Positions 23,403-36,162 are shown, counted from the whole stretch's first letter. The stretch is 63,440 nt of DNA, filler included, from Diploschistes diacapsis (GCA_023645945.1; 18 parts of 18 records of this genome joined end to end with filler, not necessarily neighbours in it), one strand, 5' to 3'. Notes: generated by a model not told the origin, from the sequence alone. Numbers and translations: made by a program.

Positions 23403-24690
23403 GATGAGGAAATGGGAGCCTTTATACAATGGGACGAGCTGAAAGGGGTGGTGAGAAGTAGGTAGCCTAGTAGAAGCCGATTGAAGATGGCGTCTTGCAG
23501 TGACCCAGATTGACTAGGTAGGAGCTTTGATGTGACAAAGTTGGTGATGGTATAAAGTGCGTGCACAATAGAGGTAGATTTCCCTTTTGAAGTAGGAAAA
23601 TTGTGGAGGATCGAGGTTGGATAGAGAGTGACCAGGATTAAGTATAATCGGAGACGTGGTGCGTGTTATGCCTGGTGTAGATGATGTATAACCCAACCCT
23701 GAACTTTGGATAAAGTCCACGAGTACATGGCAGACCTGACCCCCGCGTGTTATTGTCAGTGTGTTGAGGTGTTGACTGATCGTGTATATATATATATATA
23801 TTTATTATAACCGATTGGTCTCATCTTCTCTACCCCAGCTCAAGTCGGTAGCTTATTAGCTCTGGAATAGGAGTAAATGGTTCAAAAATCATATACCATA
23901 TTCTACCCTCCATACTCTCCAATACTCAAACACGCGAGATATTTGTTCAAGTGCCTCGATGTATTTAACCTACCCATAATGTCGCAGTATCCTCTTCACA
24001 AAGCTCAAGTTTCATATGCTACCGTTGCAACGGTGGAGGAAGAGTTATAAGACGGTATGATTTGCAATATGTTGTCCCATATGATATAAAGAATCCACAA
24101 GCTCTCGTTAATCAAGCAAAGATGCATAACCAGTCTCGTGAATAGCTCCCAAGTAGCTGATGCGCTCTCTCTCGAGGCTGTGCAGAATAAGTGCATCTTG
24201 TCTAATCCTATTGTGATTCTCACTTGACAGAATAGAAATGATTAGGACACAGTACGAAAAGCACCTACTCCCCTCGTCAAAGATCACCTTGAGCGCATAT
24301 TGTAAGAGAGGTTCTATTGCGATGGGATTTTAGGAAGCTGATTGAATCCCTTTCCCCGAAAATTCCCAACCCATGCTTTTCTGCACTCTCACAAAGTACC
24401 TCCTCGTACAAAGCCGATAGTGAATAAGAGCAAGCACCAAGCAAGCTGCCCCTGAAGCTAGCCAACACTTCCTAAAGAGGCAAAGCCACACGCCTAGTCA
24501 AAGGCGGGTAGGGCTGACGGGCGAACCCGCAGCTCGACTCGGGCTCGGGAACAAGCTCCACCTCACGTCGACCTCCAAATCCATCGGATAACTCGACAAC
24601 AACAACACTCCAATCAGCATTACCTCCACTGCCTCTCCCACCCCCAACCAATCCCAACAACCACCCAAATCCATCCCCCATCTCTCAACC

Positions 24691-24790
24691 NNNNNNNNNN
24701 NNNNNNNNNNNNNNNNNNNNNNNNNNNNNNNNNNTTAATTAATTAANNNNNNNNNNNNNNNNNNNNNNNNNNNNNNNNNNNNNNNNNNNN
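24691..24790. other. First of 17 artificial 100-bp contig spacers (N-TTAATTAATTAA-N)
   Basis: Same spacer at 26990, 29287, 31581, 33874, 36163, 38451, 40734, 43017, 45298, 47577, 49853, 52125, 54395, 56663, 58930 and 61188; the 12-mer gives stops in all six frames. Confidence 0.98.
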
Positions 24791-25079
24791 ATTAAGAATT
24801 ATCTTTAAAGCGAAGGAATAGACGACGTGTTATTATACGAAATACCGCTTAATTATAGTATCGATATTCTAATATCGAGTAATTAATTTAATTTAATATT
24901 TAAATTTTTATATATTAAGGATCAATGGCGAAAGTATTAGATTAAAGTTAATTATTAAATATATCTTTATATAAACGACGTCGATCACGAACGTATCGAG
25001 AACCTCGATACTTTTTACGTTAAATAGATATTTCTTAAGGTTAAGTACGAAAAGGTTATTAAAAGCGAATATCGATAAT

Positions 25080-26375
25080 TAGAACGCCCCTACAGGAATA
25101 CTACACAACCAGGGGCTGAGCCTAATCTGGAAGGATCACGTGTAGCTGCAATCTGTAGACTGAATGGTTCAGATTCGAAAAGGTAAAGAAGGAACTATCT
25201 AAGTAGGAGTAAGGCACAAATAAATAGTCTGGGTGTCAGCCTTACTGCCCTACGGGGTTCAACCCTTAAACCCACAAACGTTCAGGATATTCCACTATCC
25301 TCCTTTCCAAACTATTGCTATCCCCTAGCAACAAAACAAAACAAAACCAAAACAAAACCCTTTTCTTAACTCGGATATATGCTCCTGGTCCTCCCATACC
25401 CTATACTCTTTTCGGTCTAGTCCAGTCCCTTTTCCCTCTATTCTCTTCAACCCGTACTACACGTAGACACGTGCCCGACCTTACTCCTCTCAAGTTTCGG
25501 CGTTGAAAATGGGTGCTATTAGACCAATAGTACTAAAAACAGGCGACTCCCAGGGCGAAAAGCAGTAATAGCAGCAGTAGACGTGGCAGCAGAAACCGCT
25601 TTCGAAAGCTGGCGATGGCGATAAAGGTTTGTTTATTGATGAAGTGAAGGTTCGAAAGGTTCAAGAACTTGTATGGGATCCCAAGCTCTTTCTTCGTAAT
25701 TGATTAGATTAGATCGTAACCTCTGATTCGTCGATCTATTGCTTGTCGTAGATTTTTCGTAAGAGCTTTTCGTTGCTCCAGGTAAGTGTGGGTATATCGT
25801 AGACCTATTACTACCAGGTTACTCGCTTAAATAATATCTCATCGCGACAGATAAGATTAGATCTAACACTTCAGCTATAGCCATAACTGAATACTAATAA
25901 GATCGAGGGTTCTGATTGGTCGATCTTTTGCTTGTCGTAAAAGGTTTTTCGTCGCTCCTAGGTGGGTGTCGTAAGAAATTTTTCGTCGCTCCTGGGTAAG
26001 TGTGTCGTAGAGCAGCTATTGAGTAGCATTTCATCTTTAAAAACGCGTCAGCTCGCGTGAACAGCATCAGATAAGATTAGGTCTAGATTCTTTCTATAGG
26101 TAGGCTGAATACTTCAGGTCCTAAACCGAATAGATAGCCCTAAAGGACCTTTTCGAATGTAGAACGCCCCTACAGGAATACTACACAACCAGGGGCTGTG
26201 CCTAATCTGGAAGGATCACGTGTAGCTGCACATCTGTAGGCTGAATGGTTCAGATTCGAAAAGGTAAGGAAGGAACTATCTAGGTGGGAATAGGGCACAA
26301 ATAAATAGTCTGGGTGCCAGCCCTACTGCCCTACGGGGTTCAACCCTTGAACCCACAAACGTTCAGGATGTTCCA
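25080..26375 (-). mobile_element. About 1.3-kb non-autonomous LTR element (TRIM-like) with two ~217-bp LTRs (25080-25294, 26158-26375)
   Basis: Direct repeats differing mostly by transitions; TG..CA ends on the second copy; polypurine tract (- strand TTTGGAAAGGAGGATAG) abutting the 3' LTR; no long internal ORF. Confidence 0.75.
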
Positions 26376-26989
26376 GGATTAGCGAGAATCGTAATTTCGT
26401 GTAGGTTCTAGAGCTTCTTGGGTCCCATATGGGCCATGCGTGCGTGCTATAGCTGATAATTATTTTTGTTAGACTGAACTTTTGGGTTTAATTCAGGATT
26501 AGGCTAAACCGGGTTTAGTTTAGTTGATTCAGATTCAGCTATTGGGTACATAGTTGTCCTATACGCATGTTTTCCTTTTGCAACCTTGTTTGAATAATAG
26601 ACTCCATTCTTCTTCTTACATATAAGAATAATCCGACCGTTCTCGTCATGTAAATACAAGCCTTTTTGATCAAAATTCTTTTTTAATCTTATCTTGCATA
26701 ACTTTTATTTCGATATAAGATTTACTTTTAATCCAAACACGTATATTATATATCTTAAATACAAAACGTCATTATCTTATTTCAACTTAACTTTCCTAAT
26801 ATAATCTAAATAAAGCATTCCTTTCCCGATTTTGATTCGTCGTTTTCGAATAGGAATTAGATTTTTAAACAGATGTAACTAATTAGTTACATATAATAAA
26901 GCGCCGGTATTATCGATCCATTTAATAAAAATAATCTTATTTTTAATAATAGCGTTTTTAGTTGTGTTATTAACTTTATTATTATATGG
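26376..26989 (-). mobile_element. RIP-degenerate Ty1/copia protease to GAG-pre-integrase region (probably continues at 24791-25079)
   Basis: - strand QL*HARMAHMGP, matching the LWHxRxxH pre-integrase motif with Trp mutated to stop. Confidence 0.65.
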
Positions 26990-27089
26990 NNNNNNNNNNN
27001 NNNNNNNNNNNNNNNNNNNNNNNNNNNNNNNNNTTAATTAATTAANNNNNNNNNNNNNNNNNNNNNNNNNNNNNNNNNNNNNNNNNNNN

Positions 27090-27530
27090 CCCATAACCCC
27101 CTACGCCCAGACGCCGCTGCACAACCCCTACTCAATCGGCACCTCGAGCCTAGCTAGCGACCCGATGACGCCTCTACGGGGCAACTTCCGGTCTGAAGAC
27201 TCCAAGTCGCAAACCTACGCCCACGGCGACGATTACGACTACGATTACGACTACGATTACGACACAGGAAGAGGCGCGGGTGCCGATGGCGGCGAAAGGG
27301 AAATGGAAAAGGAAAAGGAAAAGGGCAGGCCGGAAAAGTCGACGGCTGCGGCGGCGAGGATGATCGCGGCGGGGCTAGGGGTCAGGCCGGCGAAGAAGAG
27401 CGAGGAGATGAGGAGGTATGAGAGGGCAGTTAGGGAGAAGGAGGCGAGGAGGTTGAGGGAGGAGAAGGAGGGGAAGGAGAGGGAAGTTAGGGAGAGGGAG
27501 GAGGCTAGGAGGGCGGTTTGGGAGGATTAG
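27090..27530 (+). CDS. 3' part of a conserved fungal hypothetical protein with C-terminal charged coiled coil (5' end lost at gap)
   Basis: RPEKSTAAAARMIAAGLGVR..KKSEE.RRYERAVRE..AVWED resembles a fungal family I recall lying convergent to SMT3. Confidence 0.65.
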   Translation, partial: PITPYAQTPLHNPYSIGTSSLASDPMTPLRGNFRSEDSKSQTYAHGDDYDYDYDYDYDTGRGAGADGGEREMEKEKEKGRPEKSTAAAARMIAAGLGVRPAKKSEEMRRYERAVREKEARRLREEKEGKEREVREREEARRAVWED

Positions 27531-28271
27531 GATGGAGATTAAGATTGCGCTAGGGAATGGAGGTGGACGATGGGTCGGGGTTGGGTGCGTGATGGCTGTT
27601 GAGGGAGCTTTTTAAGCATGGTTTCTATACGGTACTTTTGTGCGGTTTGGGGCCTTGGATATTTTCGCTCGCAGTCTTGTACGATTAGGTGGGAATAGTC
27701 TTCTTATGGTTTCCTACGAGCGGGTTGCAGGGCGTTGGGTGGAGCTGTCCGTGGGGGGGGTTGTTTGTATTTTACGCAAGTTTGGCCATGTTACAACGTT
27801 TGCCGTGTTTCTTTAGAATATAGCCATCAAATTATATTTCCTTGAAACGTGGTGTGTGATCTCCACTAGCGATATGAGATTAGTGTATTGAAGGTAAAGT
27901 AGGCCGACATTAGGAGACTTAATTCCAACCGCCAGTAGGTGTTAGATAGTATTGACTTTTTAAATGTTCCCTGTGACTGGCTCGTTCGCGTCTCGATTCA
28001 TCTAACTGCATGCCATATACGGTACCATACATCGGAAATGCTGGAGAGAATGCCCCGGATACATTCAATCAGGATTGCTTGATGCCGTGAGGCTATCCAC
28101 TGCACAAATCCTCCGTTTCGCCTCGGCTGCCAGCCATTCATCCAAAAGACGCCTCATGCGCCTAGAAACATTCCGCCACGATGCATGATTCATCAACCCA
28201 CCCGGAAAAAATTGGTAAAGAAGCGTGCAGATCGTTTACTGATCGAAATGCTGTTCCGAGAAGCTATGGTT

Positions 28272-28677
28272 TCACCCCCCGATTTGCTCTTGATGAACCT
28301 CTAGAGTGTCGCCGTCTTGCATTTCGAGCTGAGAAGAAGCAATGTTAGCCTCGCCACCCAAACCAACCGATGCGCCTCCGATATGCTGAAGCTCGCGGCA
28401 AACAAGGATACAGCGGAAAGTAATGAAACAAACCTACCGTGTCGGGGGTATCCGTAGCAGAGACACGGACACCGTCAAAAAGAAAACGAACGGTGGAAGG
28501 CATCTTGCCTTGGCGGTCGCAAAAGGCATCCATGAGCTTCTTCAGTGCTGTCGAACGCTTGATCTTGAAGAAGACCTCGTTATTGTTGTCCGTCACCTTG
28601 ATGTTCAGGTGCTCCGATGGAGGCGGGGCTCCATCCTCCGGCCGTGGGACGCTTTGGTCTTGGTTTTCGTCCGACAT
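28272..28677 (-). CDS. SMT3: SUMO, 98 aa; exons 28677-28438 and 28328-28272
   Basis: EHLNIKVTDNNNEVFFKIKRST.LKKLMDAFCDRQGK...VRFLFDG; spliced exon 2 LEMQDGDTLEVHQEQIGG*; intron GTAGGT..GCTAAC..CAG. Confidence 0.97.
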
Positions 28678-29195
28678 TGTAGGCGACTAGCAAGTTGTGA
28701 GCTTTGCCCCGCCAAGTCAGTGGAGTGAGCAGAAGCCTCTTACAGTCAGGCTTGGAAAGTTTGGGACTGCCGACAGTTAGCGCAAGTGTCTCTGGCGAGC
28801 GCGAAAAACTTGTTTCTCAAGTCTACCTGAGCACGATAATTTCAATTTGCAAAGCCACTCGCGAAAATGAGGTGGAGGTTGCGGATAGAAGTCTTGGGGA
28901 AGTGAAGGAGGTCAAAAGGTGAAGTCAAATGTAAAGAGCGCCAAGAACCATAGCGTTTGCCCCCCTTGTTCGGCCAATCGCAGGAAAGAGAATTTTGCCA
29001 AGGGTATGTGCTAGCTAGTCTATGTTTTGATAACGAATACCTTTTTTACATAAAACGACCTAGCTGGGAGTAAAAAGATTTTTATTGCTTTAATTTTAAT
29101 TACGTATCTAGTTTATGTATGAGAATTGTCAGAATACTAACCTAAATAGGTTAGCTAGATTACTTACTAAGCTTCTAATATGTTTAAATATTTTG

Positions 29196-29280
29196 GAAGG
29201 TTTTAGAAGGTTCTAGAAGGTTTTATAAGGTTCTAGAAGGTTTTATAAGATTCTAGAAGGTTCTAGAATATTCTAAAACA
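29196..29280. repeat. (TTCTAGAAGG)n decamer array, probably within a RIP-mutated LTR
   Basis: Degenerate 10-bp tandem units in AT-rich sequence at the contig end. Confidence 0.65.
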
Positions 29281-29386
29281 TAATAANNNNNNNNNNNNNN
29301 NNNNNNNNNNNNNNNNNNNNNNNNNNNNNNTTAATTAATTAANNNNNNNNNNNNNNNNNNNNNNNNNNNNNNNNNNNNNNNNNNNN

Positions 29387-29871
29387 TATGGATTCTTTAG
29401 ATTTAATAAAGCACGCGAGAATTAACGATAAATTAAAATATATCGATATTGCTTATTATTATATACGGGACCTAATTAAACGAAACCGTATTAATGTTAT
29501 CTATATATCTATAAATAAGATGGTTACCGACGAATTAACGAAACTACTAAATTACGCTAAACACGACATATTCGTTAAAGGATTTGGACTAGTATAAAGG
29601 GCATCTAGCTAGATCAGATAAACATATCGATAGTTCCGCCCGTGGGGAAATATTGAGCAGGCAGGTAGAATATATGGCTGGGAAGTTCAGCTAAACTTCA
29701 GGTTCAGGTTCAGTTCGGCTGAACCTACTAGGGTTCCTACTAATCCTAATCGGGAGTAGTACAAGTCTATAGGGCTTAATGGATCGTATTGGTATAAGAG
29801 TTTACATGTAGACTATTCCTTCTAGTTAGATCTCTAGATATCTAGACTTCAATACATGCGTTGCCCAAAAC
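29387..29871 (+). mobile_element. Ty1/copia RNase H end, PPT and 3' LTR (LTR family B, 29651-29871)
   Basis: KYIDIAYYYIRD...YISINKMVTDELTK matches the KHIDIRYHFIRE...M.AD.LTK motif; GTGGGGAAA PPT; LTR homologous to 46105-46319. Confidence 0.85.
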
Positions 29872-29879
29872 TTACGATA

Positions 29880-31580
29880 ATATAAAGCTTCGGATAAGAT
29901 AAAATGATCGTAAGAAATAATCGTAAAAAATAATCGTAAGAATATAATTAAGTATTTATTTAATCTTTATTAATTATTTTATATAACGCTTTTTTAAACT
30001 TTCAGATTAATCTTCTATAAGCCAATCGTCGTTTATTTGGGCCTCTTCGTTTCCGTTATCCTTATTCTTATCCTTAATTTTATCGTCCGAATCAGATTCT
30101 TCCGTATTAGTTTTTCTATCTTTATCCGTTATTATAAAACCATTTTCGAGATTAATCAAGTATACGTTAATCCTACGTTCTTTTTTTTTAAAAATGGTTT
30201 GATCGTTTTCTGTCTAATAAGCGGAAAAATCGAAATAAATACGTAACGGCCTAGAAACATACACTGTTAATTATACATCGTAAAAAATAAGCGTGAGAAA
30301 TCAATATATTCCGGACCACGATCCTGTAAGATATCTTTCTTATAACAACAATCGTTTTAGATTATGTCGGCGATCTCTTTCTGAACTTTAACTGTCGTAT
30401 CATAAACTTTTTATTCTTTATAGACTGTTTTCAGCTGCTATATGCCCGCCTTCCCTACAAAACGCCAAAGCATCCTGTCCGCCACCTCGCTTATCGCTAG
30501 TTTTCGAAGGGATTCATGATCTACGATCTTTTTCCTACTAGAAAACAAGATAGATAACGAGTTTAAAAACTTTTTTAAATTATCGGCTTTCATGATCTGT
30601 TCGTTTAAGGCTTCTGACGTGATCTTAATCTTAAAATTTTATTCTTGCTCTTTACGTTATCGATAAATACGCTCTTTTACTATATCTCTTATCTCGTTTA
30701 TTAACCGTAAAAAATGAACGTGAGAAATAATTATTAAACAACTTAGTTCTATATCGTTCTACTATCTTTCGATCTTTTAAAACTTTAATAAATTGATCCC
30801 GATACTTCTCATCATTCTCATATATAATTTCGGGATAACAAGAAATTTCATTATTTTTTTTATATACGAAGGTTTTCTTTCGAACGTATCATATCGCTTA
30901 ACGATTTAAGTTACGCGTTATTTAGATAAGATCGATATCCGGCGAGAACTCGCGACGTCGTTTACGGGTTGCGACAGTTACGGGATTGCTCGATAGTTAA
31001 ATATCAGGTTTAATATTTCTATTTTGCCCTTTTAGGGCCCCGCGACCCCGATTAACAATACGTTTAATTTTCTTTTAACCGATAGACAGCTATTAAAAGA
31101 TAAAGTCGTGAAAAATAACCGTAAGAATTAACTTATAAGAAGGATAGCATCCACGATGTCGATATCTTCTATCTTAATATTAATATTTAAAATAATAGTA
31201 TCATCTTCATCCTTAAGGTGTATATCTCGCTCCATGTTGCCGCAAAGGGTTTCTAAACCAAAGAACAGGAATTCAAAACTAGTAAAAGAAGGGATAAAGT
31301 AAAGACTAGCCAGATAATAAAAAGCAAATGAAAAAAAAGATAGGCTTAATGGTTAAAAAAACAAAACAAACAAAGAATTTATTAAATTTAGGTTTATGTT
31401 AGATTTATGTTCAGGTTTATGTTACAATTTATTATAAATCTTAATCTTAATATTAAGATTCACTTTTTCATACTAAGATTTCACTTTACTTTCATATTCG
31501 CTTTTTAATTGATTTATTTTGTTATTCTTCTTTTATTAGCCGTTAAGCGTTTTAAATAAAAGGTAAGCATGAGATCCTTT
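29880..31580. repeat. AT-rich RIP-degenerate repeat of unassigned class
   Basis: TpA/CpG-rich, stop-ridden; no motif recognised. Confidence 0.5.
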
Positions 31581-31680
31581 NNNNNNNNNNNNNNNNNNNN
31601 NNNNNNNNNNNNNNNNNNNNNNNNTTAATTAATTAANNNNNNNNNNNNNNNNNNNNNNNNNNNNNNNNNNNNNNNNNNNN

Positions 31681-32274
31681 AGAAATAGACGTGATAATTC
31701 TAGAATTATTAAAATTAAAAAAATAATTTAAAGTGTTTCGGTAACTGCACGGACACGGACATCGTAATAAAAAAATTTTCGACACGGACACTGACACGGA
31801 CATTGTATTGTAGTAAAAGCACGGACACGGACACTGTAATTAAAAAATTTAAAACACTGACACTGACACGGATATTATATTTCCGTAAATTCACCGAAAC
31901 ATTGCGGTGAATCCACCGAAACATCGCAGTGAAATTTTTTTAAAAAAATAAAAGCGTGAGAAATAGGCGTGATAATTCTAGAATTATTAAAATTAAAAAA
32001 ATAATTTAAAATGTTTCGGTAAATGCACGGACACGGATATCGTAATAAAAAAATTTTCGACACGGACACTGACACGGACATTATACTATAATAAAAACAC
32101 GGACACGGACACTATAATTAAAAATTTTTAAATATTGATATTAATACGGACACTACACTTCCGTGAATCCACGGACACGGACACCGCAGTTAAAAAATTT
32201 AAAACACGGATACTGATACTGTCAGTGTCCGTGTTATTGACACGGCCGTGTCAGTGTCAGTGACGGCCAGCCTA
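31681..32274 (-). mobile_element. MITE family H copy with an internal ~278-bp tandem duplication
   Basis: Ends GACGGCCAGCCTA at 32274; unit AGAAATAGRCGTGATAATTCTAG starts at both 31681 and 31959. Confidence 0.8.
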
Positions 32275-32539
32275 GTTTAAAGGAAGGTGGTAACCTGTCT
32301 TCGTAAAATAGTAATTTAAACCTTTCTTTTCGAGAGCCAAATTACCGTCCACATAGCAAATCCGCGTTATAAGCGTGTCATTTCCGATGCATTTATATAG
32401 ATTATAAAAAGTTGATTTTAAAGTAAACGCAATATAATTCGTGTATATAATACATACTAATTATTATAGGAATTAAATATGAACTAAATAGTTTAACAAA
32501 CACACTATATGTGACCGGGGTGGGGAGTAGGTGGTGCTC

Positions 32540-32860
32540 CCGAATCGCCTTGCCATTACCTAAGCAATCAAAACATTTGTTTCGGCGGTTGTTTGGAAGC
32601 TATAATGCTTTTCTCCCGTTGATCGTTACCCAGTGATGATTGATAAAAATCGTTTTCGGACGACTGCCTAAGGAAGTTGCAATCGAATCGACGAGGCCCG
32701 AATGGCCCTCCAGCGTCTGCTGCGGCGATCCCGTCGCCGCGTCCCAGATTCGTACTGTCTTATCCCAGGACCCGGATACGATCTTCTGGCCGTCGGGCGA
32801 GAAGGCCACGGAAGTGACGAGATCCGAATGGCCCTCCAGCGGCTGCTGCGGCGATCCCAT
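32540..32860 (-). pseudogene. 3' remnant of a HET-E/NWD-type (NACHT-WD40) NLR gene
   Basis: [50 protein letters not shown] high-identity WD repeat; terminal WVT...AL*LP where the usual LWLP has Trp mutated to TAG; no NACHT upstream. Confidence 0.75.
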
Positions 32861-33423
32861 CGCTTGGAGGCATTAAAGGGCATCTCTCAATGTCCTCCTC
32901 CTCGACAACATCTCTCGCGGCCTCCTCCTCGTCCCGCTCTGCCTCCTCCGCCGTTCCCTAACCCCCCCCCTCGTGCACTGCTCTCGCCGCTGCCCTCGCC
33001 GCCCTCGCTCCTGCCCTCACCTCCCGCGCCACCCGCTTGGCTCGGCATCTGTCGCTACATTCCTGTACAGCCAGTACCGCTTACCAGGCCTTCGTTCCAT
33101 TCGGGGGCCAGTTTCTCGAACGGATACTCGGGAAGCTGTTCCATTAGGATAGCGAAGGTCTATCAGGCGGGCCTATAGACGTCTGCTGGCGTCGAGCTTT
33201 CGTCAGTAGTCGCGTAGAAGCTCGACGGCGACCTTATCGCCGTTTATAGAATTCCGTCGGCATTACGGTTTACGTTTATATCTAAAAACGATACTATAAT
33301 TACTCGACGCTTTCTTTAAAACGTTCTGGTCGGAAATGACCCGGTATGCTTTAACGGCGTGTTAAATATAGATTTATAACAATTAATTCTTGTTTATTAA
33401 CGTCTTTTGCGTTCCCGTTGCTA

Positions 33424-33873
33424 TGTTACGATCCAAATAACTAGGTGGTAGTCCACTTGGTACTTCACAGCTGATCGGGCCTAGCCCAATTACTCCTTAT
33501 ATATAGTTTAATTATGATAATATCGGTCACGTGATGAATAGAAAGCCTGAAAGGCTATTTTATTTTCTGTAAGTAGAACGGGAGAACGGTAATTCTATTT
33601 ATTTATTAATTTATTTCGTTAAAAACTAATCGATTATATAAGAACGTATTATAATTTTTATAAATTAGTGTTTGGCAACGTAATGGATGTATTGAAGTCT
33701 AGAGGTCTTGTCAGGAGGTTATCCTACTTTATAGACTTTTATCCTCGTGGGATACGCTAAGCCCTACTACCTATACTATTCCTTATTCGGTCTAGTTGGA
33801 ATTCCAGGAGGTTCAGCTGAACTGAACCTCGGAGTTTAACTGAACTGAACTTCCTTCTAAAACTTAGTTATAT
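33424..33873. mobile_element. Gypsy LTR family A fragment (33424-33668) interrupted by an inverted copia LTR family B (33669-33873)
   Basis: TGTTACGATCC start homologous to 44252; TGTTTGGCAACGTAATGG is the reverse complement of the family B LTR end. Confidence 0.75.
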
Positions 33874-34617
33874 NNNNNNNNNNNNNNNNNNNNNNNNNNN
33901 NNNNNNNNNNNNNNNNNTTAATTAATTAANNNNNNNNNNNNNNNNNNNNNNNNNNNNNNNNNNNNNNNNNNNNCCCGGTAGAGTATCATCCCGTCCTGCG
34001 CTTGCGTATCATTACGTTAACACTAATCACGATATTATATAATCTTTTCACACGTTTTATTAAACGATTAAAAATTATTTACGTATAATTAAAACGCGTT
34101 AAAATCCGTTACGATTACCCGCAAGATGTCCGCGACGGTAAAAAGACGCGTTTTTCACGTTAAGAAATCCGTAAAAAAGCTATAAAACTTTCCCGTAATA
34201 AATAACGGCGGTAAAAGGAGGCGAGAACGAACGAGCGCGACGGGCGCAGTAAACGCGGCAAAGATAGGCGAGGTAGGGGCGATAAAAGGAACGAAGGAAA
34301 GAACGGAAAAGGAAGCGATATCTTCACGGCCTAAAACAGCGGCAAGAATATCGTAAAACATACGATCTTTAAAATCTAACTCGTCGTCGTTATAAATATC
34401 GATAATTATATTAAACGTAACCGTATCGGCGGTAAGGAACGCAGGGCGAATAAATAAAAAAACATCTATTATATTTAAAAAATAATTAAAAAGATAAGAT
34501 TAAAAATAATAAAAAAAACATATAAATCGCGTAAAAAGTAAACAAATATAATTAAAAAAAAGGATGACTCCACAGGTACTTATGGTTACAAACAAATTTA
34601 AATGATTAAGAAAGTAT

Positions 34618-36009
34618 CTATAGAACCATGGTACTCATCTTGTAATTTATGTGTATAGTAGGCAGAATAGCACTTGCCGCATTCTTCAGGGCCCATTCCC
34701 TCAGCAGCTCTGTTGCTGCTTTTCCCGATATCTTTGGTTTTCGAACAGCAGGAACACGTGCTTTGCTCATCAAAATCTTGCCTGGTGCATTCTTACTAGG
34801 TGGAACCACTTGAACTCCTCGATCTAGCTGCTCAGGTTCCTCGGCATCTTCCATAATCGTCTCTCGCAGGTAGGGGAGCGACAGCATCAGGTCGCAAGTA
34901 CTTACCACCCCTAGCGCACTTATTCTGAGGGAGTCTGTTTTCTTCGCCCGTCGTCTCCTTCAGTACTCGCCGTCGTTCACCTCACTTCGGATCAATGATA
35001 TTCCGATGGTCAGGGTTCCAGGACCACCTAGGACGCCCCCTAGTGGCGGCGTTGATGTTGTAGAGCTGATGGTAATCTGCTTCGTATGACTGAACCACAA
35101 AGCGCTCCATCATTTCATCGTCACTTTCTTCTTCCTCAAAATCCTCGGGATTGCATCCTGCTTCAATTACACTACACGCTGGCATCTGGTAGAGATATCT
35201 AGTCTGTACCTACTGGGGGTGAGACTGTCCTCTGGGAGCTTTTGACCTCTGGGACTTTTTCCAGCTTTCAATCTGGGCCTTGAGTTTCTCTATCATGGTT
35301 CCTGGTCCGTAAAAGTTGGCTTGATGCGCTTGTGGGTGGTCTTGCGGATTAATGAAAATCTTGTTTTTCTATAAGTGAATATTACCGTTCTGAAAGAATT
35401 GCTGTAAGGGAGGATATTGGGTTCTGAAATGACGGGCCTGATAACAAAAATAGCAAGTATTAGGGCTTTTGTTGGACTGAGCATCCTGGGGTGTTCTGTT
35501 CAGGTTCGATTGATTTTGCTGAGGGTAAGCAGCCGGAGGAGGATATGCTTTAGCTGGAGCAGGGTAGGGAGCAGCAGGCCCAGAATTATGGTATACGGTA
35601 TCACTAATGGAAACGTGATTGACTTATGTCTCAAGAATTAAGTTGCCGAAGTTTCTTATTATCCCCTTTTTTTTTTGTCGAATATGTCCTCGCTTTTTTT
35701 AAAGAATTTTTCTATAAGATCGTTAGGACATTCTTTAGATTCTTTTTTTTAATTAGAAATATTATTATTAATCTTTTTATTCTTAGGAAGTGCATGTTTT
35801 TTCGAATTGTATTATTTGTTTAAAATGTTTTATACGAATCCAGTATTTCTTTATGGCCGAAAAGTACGGAAGTTAAAATTTATATCGCATTATTCTCGTA
35901 TATATTTAATACTGGTTTCGAAATCGTAGAAATTAAAAATATGTTCTAAAACGGGATATTTATATAGCAATTTCTGTGTTTCCTTTTTTGTTAATCCGTA
36001 TATTAGAAT
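34618..36009 (-). mobile_element. Degenerate LTR-retrotransposon gag region with zinc knuckle
   Basis: - strand CYFCYQARHFRTQYP (CX2CX4HX4C with last Cys TGT>TAT) near 35415-35460; broken ORFs 34982-35185 and 34618-34908 downstream. Confidence 0.65.
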
Positions 36010-36162
36010 TAGGCTGGCCGTTCCGTGCCACTGACACTGACACTAACACCGCAGCAAAAATTTTCTTGACACTGACACTAACACTGACACTGCACTGCAG
36101 TAAAAACACGGACACGGACACTGCAGCTAAAAAATCTAAAACATTAACATTAATATTAATAC
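36010..36162 (-). mobile_element. MITE family H terminus
   Basis: TAGGCTGGCCGTTCCGTGCCAC followed by GACACT/GACACG arrays. Confidence 0.8.

Noticed and set aside
24472..24681. 69-aa - strand ORF next to the first gap
   Set aside because: Low-complexity, truncated, no recognisable homology
24735..24746. Regularly spaced palindromic TTAATTAATTAA, superficially CRISPR-like or insulator-like
   Set aside because: Embedded in N runs; artificial six-frame-stop linker
14600..28677. SRS2 near SUMO (and SSL1) as a DNA-repair gene cluster
   Set aside because: The genes are on different contigs joined artificially
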